Source of the DNA: Nitrososphaeria archaeon
Lineage (GTDB): Archaea > Thermoproteota > Nitrososphaeria > JACIWG01
NCBI GenBank assembly: GCA_963752255.1
Contig: CAVVXT010000009.1
Coordinates: 1-50,473, forward strand
Direction: 5' to 3'
Length of the DNA stretch: 50,473 nucleotides
Shown here one piece after another: positions 11,017 through 20,153 of this stretch. Position numbers and translations under genes: made by a program. The notes under the pieces were generated by a model. It worked only from the letters and a program-made list of their open reading frames with translations, was not told where the DNA came from and searched no databases. The stretch's first letter is position 1; every line of letters starts with the position of its first letter.

Positions 11017-11945
11017 TTAAAATAAGACCTTCAAAACAAGGTAACTTGCCAAAACACTAAGAAGTGTTAGGCTCGTCCAAGTAAATAGTATCTTTTTCAA
11101 ATAACGTATGTTAAGTAGGAAGACGCTTGATGACATTGCTGCTCCCAGCAGGGCTCCCACATAATTTATCGTAATCGAATTCGGAAGGCTAAACTGCGTC
11201 GAAATCCACATTATCGAAATAGCCGAAGACAGGCTCAATAGGAGCTTCTTGGGGCTTAACACGACTATATCCTCTCCGACACTCTTGACTATTGCTCCGC
11301 TAAATGCCAGCATGCCAAGTAAACCACTTATAGCAAGAAGAAAGGAAAGCATTAAACGATCTTGGGGATTGTCTGATAGCAAGCCTACGATAAAGCCTAT
11401 ATTGTTTGCACCAAGAGTATTTGATAGATAGAATCCAATTATAATGCCTGGGAGACCATAATGAAATCCAAATGTACAAGGTTCAATAGAACCACTTTTC
11501 TTTCAAGCATCCTACCGAGTATATTTGAGAGAATTGCTGATGCCAGAGGTGAAAAAATCCACAACACAATTAGTATCAACAAATTCAAAACGGATATTGT
11601 TAAATGAAAATAGATCGCATAACCAAGGAGGCTGAAGACCATGACATTTGATAGTGCCGCTGGAATCTTGAATAAAGTAGCTATCATAAGTATTATGGCC
11701 GTCAAAGATATTACTGCTAAAATTTCAATATTTCCTTTGCTGGTTAAGCCAAATAGCATTTCAGGTTGCATCTTCCACCCTTCAAGAATTGTGCCGGCGA
11801 CTAATCCAAGAGACGCCGCAATTAGAGCGTTTCTGTAACTGAGAATTCTTGCTCCGACCAAGCTTCCTACGCAGATGCTGCTACTATTCCATCCAAAGAC
11901 GAAGGAAAGTGCTGCTGGGGCCAAATAAAATGCGATGTCAATCAT
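11017..11945 (-). CDS. PiT-family inorganic phosphate/anion transporter; frameshift near 11460
   Basis: PiT-like halves 'FVFGWNSSSICVGSLVGARILS...IPAALS' and, after the frame fix, 'NTLGANNIG...VKSVGEDI...LPNSIT...VGALLG'. Its start overlaps the DUF47 stop (TAATG). Confidence 0.8.
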
Positions 11946-12613
11946 TAAGACAGCCCCTTGGCTATCAGTTCCATCATTATGTCCCCTGCGTCTTCAGCCG
12001 CATCTGCGATATTGTCTGCAAGAATAATAAAGTCCCTTAACTTTATGACGTCCAAGACTGAGAACTTTTTGCGTCTTCGTACAGTTTCTTGAGGATCCTT
12101 ACCTTGTAGAGGTCCCCTTCTTCCTCGTACTTCTCCACATCCTTTAGGAGCCGTAGCGCTTCCTTGCTATTTTTGTTCAAGAAGGCAAGTGAATCGTTCA
12201 AGATCTTGTCGGATTTGTAAACAGAATCTATATAGTTGCCCATGTCGTCCAAGTTAAAAAGATAAATTAGTATCTTCTTGCTGGGCGCATATTCTGCCAA
12301 AAGACGAGCAGCATCTTTTACGTTGTCAGCGATGTCGTCTATTTTGTCAAGCAGATGCAGCAGGTCTTCCCTTATGTACGAGAAAAGGCTTCCTGTCATG
12401 AGCTGGTCAACTATAGAACGTCTCATATCATCAGCCTCTGTCTCGGATAACTCTATTAGTGAAAACTTCTCCCTGATCTTTACCGTATCCCCTTCAGCTG
12501 CGGCTAAGCAGAATTCCTGAAAATAGCTAACAGAACTGCCAAACCTTTTGTGAGAAGTTTATTATTTCCTCAAACAGTAGATTTTCTCTCCTGAATAGCC
12601 TTGACCAGAACAT
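11945..12613 (-). CDS. DUF47/TIGR00153 PhoU-like phosphate transport regulator; two frameshifts (12541-12543, 12066-12070)
   Basis: Reconstructed as MFWSRLFRRE...'ETEADDMRRSI...REDLLHLLDKIDDIAD'...'EEEGD...LRDFIILADNIADAAEDAGD'. This is the DUF47 repeated E..aD / D.iaD pattern, directly upstream of the PiT gene. Confidence 0.85.
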
Positions 12614-12788
12614 TTCTCCCTGAGAACACATCTTTCTGTCACAAGTTATTAAGTCTTGTCGGTGGCGGTTCTGTTAAGTCTGATCAACCTAGAATATAGC
12701 GCCCAGTCCTACAACAGTTGCAACCTTCACTCTAATGATGTTATCTGCTTGCATACTGTTCTCCGGAAAAAAAAGGTGGAGGCCTAGA

Positions 12789-13175
12789 TCAGCCTATGAT
12801 TTGAGTTATCTCCTTTACTATTGTGCCTTCAATATGCCGTGTCCACAGCATTTCTGGAACGTCTACAGCTAGAAACAGCCAAGTTAGAAGTATTGTCTCA
12901 GCCGCTGCTACAGCGATGTTCTGGATCCATTTTCCTATTCCAACATGTACTGTGAAGTCATTCGGCTGCCCGGCTATGAGTATGGTGAACGCCCTGTCTG
13001 CGGATATTATGTCCCGCAGGATTCCCGCTTTTTGGGCCTGAATTACTAGACCAAGTGGGGCACTTGCAGACTGTGTCTTATATCCATCTGTTTTTAGTTG
13101 CTGCTCAATCTGCTGTGATAACTGGTTTAGGTCTTTATTTTTGCCTTGAAAACGCATCACTTTTTCTGATACCAT
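12789..13175 (-). CDS. Hypothetical protein with a C-terminal hydrophobic segment
   Basis: Clean 128-aa ORF with an upstream TATA-like element (minus-strand TTATTAAATAA near 13208-13218) and a downstream T-run (A8 on + at about 12767-12774). No family recognised. Confidence 0.7.
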   Translation of the reverse strand: MVSEKVMRFQGKNKDLNQLSQQIEQQLKTDGYKTQSASAPLGLVIQAQKAGILRDIISADRAFTILIAGQPNDFTVHVGIGKWIQNIAVAAAETILLTWLFLAVDVPEMLWTRHIEGTIVKEITQIIG

Positions 13176-13584
13176 TTCCTACACCTATACATCAGTTGGA
13201 TCTTCTCTTATTTAATAACATATCGTTACACTAAAAAAATAGATCTTTAGACCTTTTTTGAGAAAATATAGTAATATTATTTAAATTTCAATATATTTAA
13301 AGTTAATTTTTCTATAGATGATATATAATAGTCTATATAGTGTATAAAGGTCACTCTAAAAATTCTTTCACATTTTTTTGGATATTATTATCGACGGTGA
13401 GCTGATTAACAAATGATAGAAGCGATTTCATTCTATTTTAAAATTTGCTTTTTTGGTTGTTTCGGAAAGGTTCTTTAAAGTGGTACCAGCCCATTTGCTT
13501 AGGTTTTCATCAACTTCAATCAGTTGTAAACAATAGTCTTATCATACAACTTGCGATGGTCAAAGTTATAGCCTGAAATTGTTT

Positions 13585-14640
13585 TTATTTTTTCGATTCA
13601 CTATCCTTTATTTCTGACTCAATGGATTTGATGATATCTTCTATATCTTGAATTTTATCAAATATACTTCGCAGGTCGTCAATACTTAGAGTTTTATGTT
13701 TTAAAACATCATCTTTCCCTTTCAGTAATTCTATAACACTTATTTCAGAAAGGGTTGCCTTGTTTGAAGTATCCCCTGTTATATTTAGCAGCGCATTTAA
13801 CACGTCTTTACTATGTGTAGTAATTACAACCTGCCAATCTTTTGATAAAAGCCATCTTAAGAACTCCTTAATTAGACTTGGATGCAATGAAGTCTCAAAA
13901 TCATCTAAAAGAATAAGATGAGGTTCAAATAATTGTAGCCAAAGTGCAATAAGAACGACTCTTGATATACCTGATCCAAGATCTTTAATATTAACGTAGT
14001 AAGGAACATTTTCAGAGGTCTGTTTTCTGCCGACTACTTCAGGATTAAAAAGAAGTTCTGTATATTCATCATCAACGCATTTATTTACAACCTCTTGCAT
14101 TAAACTTAAATTTACACCATTTTTTATCAGAGTATTTTTAAAAGTCATACTTTGTTCTAAAATAGTTTCAATAGAGCTTAGATAATTAGGATCGCTTGGT
14201 ATATATACTGTCCAATTAAATCTTTCCGTCTCGCCTTTATATCTGAAGAGACTCCCTAACTTATCAAAGAATTCATGTTCTTTATCTGAATATCTGATAA
14301 TGCCCCCATCCTCAATTTCCAAATTATAACTTGGTTCTTTGTCTTGGAGGGTTAACTTGACAGATTCGTTACCTATTGAGATATCTATAGTCGCTTTACC
14401 TGCATATTTATATAATAATGATAAAAATTGGAAATGACTTTTTGTTATATTCTGCAGTCTGCTTAAATTAGTTGGTAATGTCAAATCTGTAGGAAATGGA
14501 AATAGAGATAACGCTTCTAAAATGGAGCTTTTTCCTGCATTATTTCTACCTATCAGAACAACAAATTTTGAGAGTTTTATTGGTTCAATACAATCTCTTA
14601 TCCCTCTAAATTCTTTAACATCAATTTGATTTATTATCAA
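13585..14640 (-). CDS. ABC-type ATPase of the AAA_15/AAA_21 (OLD/AbiEii-like) group; may extend to 13428 through frameshifts
   Basis: N-terminal 'EFRGI', Walker A GRNNAGKS, signature-like DLGSG, Walker B LILLDDFETSLHP and H-loop ITTHS. Visibly AT-rich. Confidence 0.85.
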   Translation of the reverse strand: MIINQIDVKEFRGIRDCIEPIKLSKFVVLIGRNNAGKSSILEALSLFPFPTDLTLPTNLSRLQNITKSHFQFLSLLYKYAGKATIDISIGNESVKLTLQDKEPSYNLEIEDGGIIRYSDKEHEFFDKLGSLFRYKGETERFNWTVYIPSDPNYLSSIETILEQSMTFKNTLIKNGVNLSLMQEVVNKCVDDEYTELLFNPEVVGRKQTSENVPYYVNIKDLGSGISRVVLIALWLQLFEPHLILLDDFETSLHPSLIKEFLRWLLSKDWQVVITTHSKDVLNALLNITGDTSNKATLSEISVIELLKGKDDVLKHKTLSIDDLRSIFDKIQDIEDIIKSIESEIKDSESKK

Positions 14641-14893
14641 ATGATCATTTATATTATTTCCATTAGGTTAATATGTATTTCGTCTTGTACAAATATTCTG
14701 AATATTGTTTCTCTAACGCTTTACACCAAAAAACAGATTTGATAGCAAGGGTCCTTTAACTGTAAATAAGTGAAAAATGATCTTTATTTTTTCCTTCATC
14801 ATACTTTTTATGATATTGTCTATTTGCCTAAACTTTGAGTAATAATATTAACTTTTTAATAGGCAATTTAATATAAGCAATAACAGTGGAAAG

Positions 14894-15799
14894 TTGGAAG
14901 GGCATAATTTACAAGATAGGATAAGAGAGCTTCAGAGACAGAGAAATGCGGTTATAGTCGCACACAACTATCAACGAGATGAGGTACAAGAAATAGCTGA
15001 CTATGTCGGGGATTCATTAGGGCTTAGTCAGGAAGCCGCAAAAAGCAGAGCGGATGTAATAATATTTTGTGGAGTATATTTTATGGCCGAAACCGCTTCT
15101 ATACTTTCACCCGATAAAAGGGTGTTGATGCCCGACAATAGTGCGGGATGCCCTATGGCTAACATGATCACGGCTGAAAGCCTACGCGCGCTCAAAAAGA
15201 GTTACCCTAAAGCGCCTGTAGTTTGCTACGTTAACACAACGGCAGAGGTTAAGGCAGAAAGCGACGTATGCTGCACTTCATCCAACGCCGTTAAGGTTGT
15301 GCAGTCAGTCGAGGGGTCCGAAGTCATATTTGTTCCAGATAAATATTTAGCGCACTACGTTTCCACGAAGACAGATAAGAAGATTATTCCATGGTACGGT
15401 TATTGTCCGACGCACGCCAAGATCCTCCCAGAACATATCGAGAGACAGAAGAAGCTTCACCCAGAAGCTGAAGTATACGTTCACCCTGAATGTACGCCTG
15501 GGGTGATCGCTTTAGCCGACAGGGTGTTGTCAACTGGGGGAATGTGCAGGTACGCGAAGGAATCGAAAGCAAGTGAAATAATTATTGGCACGGAGGTCGG
15601 TATACTATATAAATTGCGTAAGGAAAATCCCGATAAGTCCTTTTACCCAGCTTCAGAGAATGCCGTTTGTCCTAACATGAAACTAACGACCTTAGAAAAA
15701 ATCCTTTGGTCGCTGGAGGAGATGAAATACGAGATTAAGGTTTCTCAAGAAGTCCGCCTTAAGGCCAAAAAGGCGGTGGATAAAATGCTCTCGTTATAA
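14894..15799 (+). CDS. nadA: Quinolinate synthase A
   Basis: AHNYQ, GDSL, FCGVYFMAE, AGCPMA, YVNT, CPTH, HPEC and CPNMK: all NadA motifs and the three Fe-S cysteines. Confidence 0.97.
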   Translation: MEGHNLQDRIRELQRQRNAVIVAHNYQRDEVQEIADYVGDSLGLSQEAAKSRADVIIFCGVYFMAETASILSPDKRVLMPDNSAGCPMANMITAESLRALKKSYPKAPVVCYVNTTAEVKAESDVCCTSSNAVKVVQSVEGSEVIFVPDKYLAHYVSTKTDKKIIPWYGYCPTHAKILPEHIERQKKLHPEAEVYVHPECTPGVIALADRVLSTGGMCRYAKESKASEIIIGTEVGILYKLRKENPDKSFYPASENAVCPNMKLTTLEKILWSLEEMKYEIKVSQEVRLKAKKAVDKMLSL

Positions 15800-15878
15800 G
15801 ACCAAGATAAATGGAAGTACTAAGTTTGTAGTAACTCTTTTCCGATCAATCCAGTTTTATATCTGAAGTTTTCTGTCT

Positions 15879-16601
15879 TTAACATGTTTTTTGTTTAGTT
15901 CTACGGTATTCCCCTGTGAAGGGAGCTTTCCTATAGTCACATTTGGCAGGACAGTATTGGCAATCGAAAAAGTGTTCCTCTATGGAGGCGTAAACGCCTG
16001 ATGAGGATTTTCTAGGTATCATCAATAGACTTGGTAAAAGGCGTACTCCAATATTATAGGCAGGATCAAGTATGTGGAAGAGAACTTTTTGCTGGTCGAT
16101 GTTAAAGATTTTACCAGTTCCACCCCCTGGTTCGAACCTGGAAATCCTAACACCCAACTGTTTTGAAATTTGTGCTTCCACATTAGTCCGAGCTTTTCTT
16201 AGGGCAAAATCTCCTATCCTCTCTAGGAAAAAGGACTTTAGAAGACTGACTTTACCGTACTGTGAAGCCTGTTCCTCTAGCTTTGGTCCAATTGTGATTA
16301 CCAGTGGAGCAATAGTTTGATGGACTGTAAGTCTGTCCGCGAGAACAATGCTCATCAGTTTAAATCCACCTTCAAGGTCGACTTCATCATCACCTATAGC
16401 TTCCACCTTCATTAACGAATAGACCGCCTTGGGTTCAACTAGTTGGCGTCCCTTTTCTATAAGCTCTTCTACTTCTTTTTCTTGAACCTTTCTAAGCTTC
16501 TGGGTGCTAAGGAACTCTTTAGAATCTAGATTTAGTGGAATCTTATTGATGACTTTTAGGTTACTTGCTGCCATCGCATGACGGATAAAGAAACCAATCA
16601 T
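15879..16601 (-). CDS. Stand-alone vitamin B12-dependent methionine synthase activation (reactivation) domain-like protein
   Basis: 'LVEPKAVY', 'TIGPKLE', 'RFEPGG', 'QQKVLF', 'IGVRLLPSLLMIPRKSSSG' and C-terminal 'CQYCPAKCDYRK'. True start may be 16574. Confidence 0.8.
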   Translation of the reverse strand: MIGFFIRHAMAASNLKVINKIPLNLDSKEFLSTQKLRKVQEKEVEELIEKGRQLVEPKAVYSLMKVEAIGDDEVDLEGGFKLMSIVLADRLTVHQTIAPLVITIGPKLEEQASQYGKVSLLKSFFLERIGDFALRKARTNVEAQISKQLGVRISRFEPGGGTGKIFNIDQQKVLFHILDPAYNIGVRLLPSLLMIPRKSSSGVYASIEEHFFDCQYCPAKCDYRKAPFTGEYRRTKQKTC

Positions 16602-17027
16602 TTATGGGTTCATTCCCAATCAAAAGATAAATAATTTTCAAAGGGTTTTATTATTGCACTGTAGGATTCAGAAAATGTTTCTTTAGAATTATATGTAATA
16701 TATTATCAAGAAGGATTAGGAGTTCAATCCTAAGAGACAAAATAATGAAAATCTGTGTAATTTGACTAAATCGGACTATTTTATCCTATCAAATTTTAAA
16801 CTTGGAGGCTTTTAACAAAAGTTTCTAATTTATTGGTACACTAATTGTTGATATTTCTTTGCGGGTTTCTACAGTAAAAGTGATTACGACGACTTTAAAG
16901 TGCAATATTTTAGATATAATAATCTGCACTAAAGGTAAAGTGGTCTAGAAATAAATGTGAATGCAATTAATGGGTTTACAAGCTTATATAAACAATCATT
17001 ACGAGTGTAATTAAGAATCCGATTGAT

Positions 17028-18041
17028 ATGAAGGCTGCAAGGTTGGTTAGATTTGGGAAGCCCTTAGAATTAGTGGAAGTTGATATTCCTAAGATTGGAA
17101 ATCGCGATGCTTTGATAAAGATTAAGGCCTGTGGTGTCTGTCATACTGATCTACATTTTCAAGATGGAGATATGAAGCCAGGATATTTTCCGATTACGCT
17201 GGGCCACGAAATGGCAGGTCAAGTCATTGAGGTAGGTGGGGAGGTTGACTGGCTTAAGAAGGGCACAAGAGTAATTGTTGACTACCAATACGTATGTGGA
17301 AGATGCCATAACTGCCGTATTGGACTTGAAGAGCAATGTACAGCCTCTACTAAGGGCGGCTTCGATGTTGAGGGAGGCTATGCGGAATACGCTAAGATGA
17401 CAGCTAGGAACTTGATAGAACTCCCGAGGAGTATCTCTTATGAAGAAGGTGCTATTCTGACCTGTGGAGGCGGTACTGTCTACCATGTGATAAAGAGCGC
17501 AGAAGTCAACTATGAAGATACAATTGTAGTTTACGGGTTTGGTGGTTTGGGTATTTTAGCGTTACAGGTCGCTAAGCTTACAGGGGCTCGAATTCTTGTA
17601 GTAGACATCTCTGAAGAAAAACTTGCGTTAGCCAAGAAACTAGGTGCTCATGGTGTAATCAATGGGTTGAAACAAGATGTAGTGAAAGAAACTAAGGCGA
17701 TGACCGATGGTAAAGGCGCAAGCAAGGTCTTTGAATTCGTGGCTTCACAGAAAACCCTTGAAAATTCTTTACGGATGTTAAATGCTGGTGGACGGCTCAT
17801 TGTCCTTGGTGTGCTCTCAAAATCTTTCCAGACAAATTTCAATCATCTGATGACGAACAACATTCAGGTCGAGTTCCAAGGTGGTTACAGGCCCTGGGAG
17901 TTAGAAGAACTAGTGCAACTGGTCAAAGCTGGTAGAGTCAAACCAATTGTATCAAAATGTTATCAACTCAAGGATGTAAACAAAGCCTTGGACGAATTAA
18001 GACAAGGTAAGATCATAGGAAGAGCAGTAATAATTCCTTAA
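17028..18041 (+). CDS. Zinc-dependent alcohol dehydrogenase (MDR superfamily, AdhP-like)
   Basis: CGVCHTD, GHE..G, structural Zn CGRCHNC...C, third ligand C (LTCGG) and Rossmann GFGGLG with a VD acidic residue (NAD-type). Confidence 0.93.
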   Translation: MKAARLVRFGKPLELVEVDIPKIGNRDALIKIKACGVCHTDLHFQDGDMKPGYFPITLGHEMAGQVIEVGGEVDWLKKGTRVIVDYQYVCGRCHNCRIGLEEQCTASTKGGFDVEGGYAEYAKMTARNLIELPRSISYEEGAILTCGGGTVYHVIKSAEVNYEDTIVVYGFGGLGILALQVAKLTGARILVVDISEEKLALAKKLGAHGVINGLKQDVVKETKAMTDGKGASKVFEFVASQKTLENSLRMLNAGGRLIVLGVLSKSFQTNFNHLMTNNIQVEFQGGYRPWELEELVQLVKAGRVKPIVSKCYQLKDVNKALDELRQGKIIGRAVIIP

Positions 18042-18200
18042 TTTTATTTCTAAGACCTTAGCCTTGCGCAATATTCTATCTGATTATCAGGCAGTTAATA
18101 TTCAGATGTAGGAAAGAGGTTATAAGACGTACATACTGGACATTATGCATGTCACTAAAACCCTTAATACAATAAGAAAAGGTGAAGAATTTTTTTCATT

Positions 18201-20093
18201 CTATGCTGGTATGACCGGTAGCAGTATGTGTGAAGGATAGTTGGTATCATGATAAATCGTGTTCTTAGCTGGTTGCGTGTATGTGGTGAGGCCGATGGGT
18301 TCTCCGGTGTTAGGATTCAAGTCGAATCTTGGGTAGTTGCTACTTGAAATGTCAAGTCTTATCATATGCCCGGCTACGAATAGATTGCTGGTTGGATATA
18401 GCTTGAATTGTAACTTGTAGATCTTACCTGATTGAAGTAACTCCTGTTTCTCCCATGACTTGTGAAATCTCGCCCTCATTATGCTATCCGATATGTTCAT
18501 CGCATATCCGGACGGGTAATCTTCGTTCGGAGGGTGCACATCAATCAGTTTCGCGGTGAAGTCTGTGTCAGGAGCTGAAGAGGACACCCAAAACGTAACC
18601 GATATGGGTCCTGTAACTTCCAAGTCCTCCTCAAGAGGAGGTGTAGAAAATGGGAGGACATCTTGTCGTGAAGCTAGTGGAAGATAGGGTTCGGCACACC
18701 CGAATATATCTGGTCTTTCTATCTGATTTAACGCGCCTGCCCGCACTATAGGAATCGACCTTTCCATAATATCCAATGACCTTCCTGTCCGTTCAAGATA
18801 GAGGAGAGCGGAGATGTTTGCTCCTATAGTGGGTACCGGATTGTTAGGATCATAAATAAAAGTCGTTCCTTTGGTATCATTTTCTGTTGGGGGAGAAGTG
18901 GACAATTTCATATCTTTGAGAAGATAGTATTCAGTATATCTGGTTCGTTTTATCGGCCACTCGTTCTCAAATCTCCATTTACCCCCGTGATCTAATCTGC
19001 CATTCCTGTTCCTTCTGCCACTACCTCCACCCATAACAAAGATCTTTACAGGAGGCTCATCATCCAAACCGTTGTCCAAGCCTTTTAGATATTTATTGAA
19101 GAAGCGTAGCCTGAAATCAAGCCAGTCGATGATTGCGTCTTTTCCGAAGTCTACGTCGCCGGCGTAGCTTACCTCTTTGGTTGTTGTTCCGTGTGTCCAA
19201 GGTCCCATCAGCATCCTTATAGGCCCCTTTTTCTTGCATGAGAGGTCGGTAAACATTTCTGTTGTTGATCTAGTATAGGAATCGTACCATCCCCCTGTAC
19301 AATAGATGGGGACATCAGAGTGTTCATCTATATACTCTTGGAAGGCGAACCCCTTCTGTTTCCAATATTCGTCGTATTCGCCATGGGTAAATATGTCAAA
19401 AAACCACTTTTCATATGCAGGAACAATGGCAAGAGGACTAAAACCCTCTTTGATGGGCATTCTTTTCAGCCACTCCCGGAGGTCCGTTTTGCTGAGCAGG
19501 TTATATGTGACAGGATCAGCCTGAGCCTCCTTGCTTGAGGTCGCTCCGATGAACGCCCAACTCATGAACCGCATCTCAAAGCAACCGTTGTGCCTAAAGG
19601 AACTCATATATGCGTTCCAGGCGCCTTCGTCCGGCATCATCGCGCAAAGGTGCGGAGGGTCATAAACAGCCATGGCGGTTTGTACCCAAGACATGTATGA
19701 GGTTCCTGTTGTACCAACCTTTCCGTTTGACCAGGGTTGTTCCGCTATCCACTCCACGGTATCGTATCCGTCAGGTCCTTCGTCCTTGAAGATGTAGAAT
19801 TCTCCCTCCGATTTATATCGGCCACGGACGTCTTGGACTACGCAAACGTACCCCTTTTTAGCAAAGAATTCGCCTTCCGCAGGAAATCTGAAATCTAAAT
19901 CTGCTTGGGTTCGGAATTCCTTATTGTAAGGGGTTCTAACCAAAATCGAAGGAAACCTTCCCTGGGCAAGACTTCCATTGATTGCTGGTCTATAAATATC
20001 AGTAGCCAATTTTATACGATCTCTCATAAGTATCATTACATCTTTTTCTACAAATACACCATATTCAAATTGAGAACTTGTCTTTCCTTCCAT
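18201..20093 (-). CDS. CocE/NonD family hydrolase (peptidase S15-like)
   Basis: MRDRIKLATDIYRP, RTPY, QDVRGRYKSEG, nucleophile GTSY, GGWYD, GPWTH and C-terminal 'RLDISSSNYPRFD'. Confidence 0.93.
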   Translation of the reverse strand: MEGKTSSQFEYGVFVEKDVMILMRDRIKLATDIYRPAINGSLAQGRFPSILVRTPYNKEFRTQADLDFRFPAEGEFFAKKGYVCVVQDVRGRYKSEGEFYIFKDEGPDGYDTVEWIAEQPWSNGKVGTTGTSYMSWVQTAMAVYDPPHLCAMMPDEGAWNAYMSSFRHNGCFEMRFMSWAFIGATSSKEAQADPVTYNLLSKTDLREWLKRMPIKEGFSPLAIVPAYEKWFFDIFTHGEYDEYWKQKGFAFQEYIDEHSDVPIYCTGGWYDSYTRSTTEMFTDLSCKKKGPIRMLMGPWTHGTTTKEVSYAGDVDFGKDAIIDWLDFRLRFFNKYLKGLDNGLDDEPPVKIFVMGGGSGRRNRNGRLDHGGKWRFENEWPIKRTRYTEYYLLKDMKLSTSPPTENDTKGTTFIYDPNNPVPTIGANISALLYLERTGRSLDIMERSIPIVRAGALNQIERPDIFGCAEPYLPLASRQDVLPFSTPPLEEDLEVTGPISVTFWVSSSAPDTDFTAKLIDVHPPNEDYPSGYAMNISDSIMRARFHKSWEKQELLQSGKIYKLQFKLYPTSNLFVAGHMIRLDISSSNYPRFDLNPNTGEPIGLTTYTQPAKNTIYHDTNYPSHILLPVIPA

Positions 20094-20153
20094 ATGTGAT
20101 CCTTGGTTTTAAAATGATTTGACTTAATTTAAATTTTATGGCTAATGCGTACT

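Noticed and set aside
14824-14866. TTGCCTA...TAGGCAA inverted repeat upstream of nadA as an NAD-regulator site
   Set aside because: Only 7-bp arms with a 29-nt spacer in AT-rich DNA, and it does not match a regulator consensus I can support.
16893-16934. AGTGCA-N20-TGCACT inverted repeat upstream of the alcohol dehydrogenase
   Set aside because: Short, single occurrence and compatible with chance.
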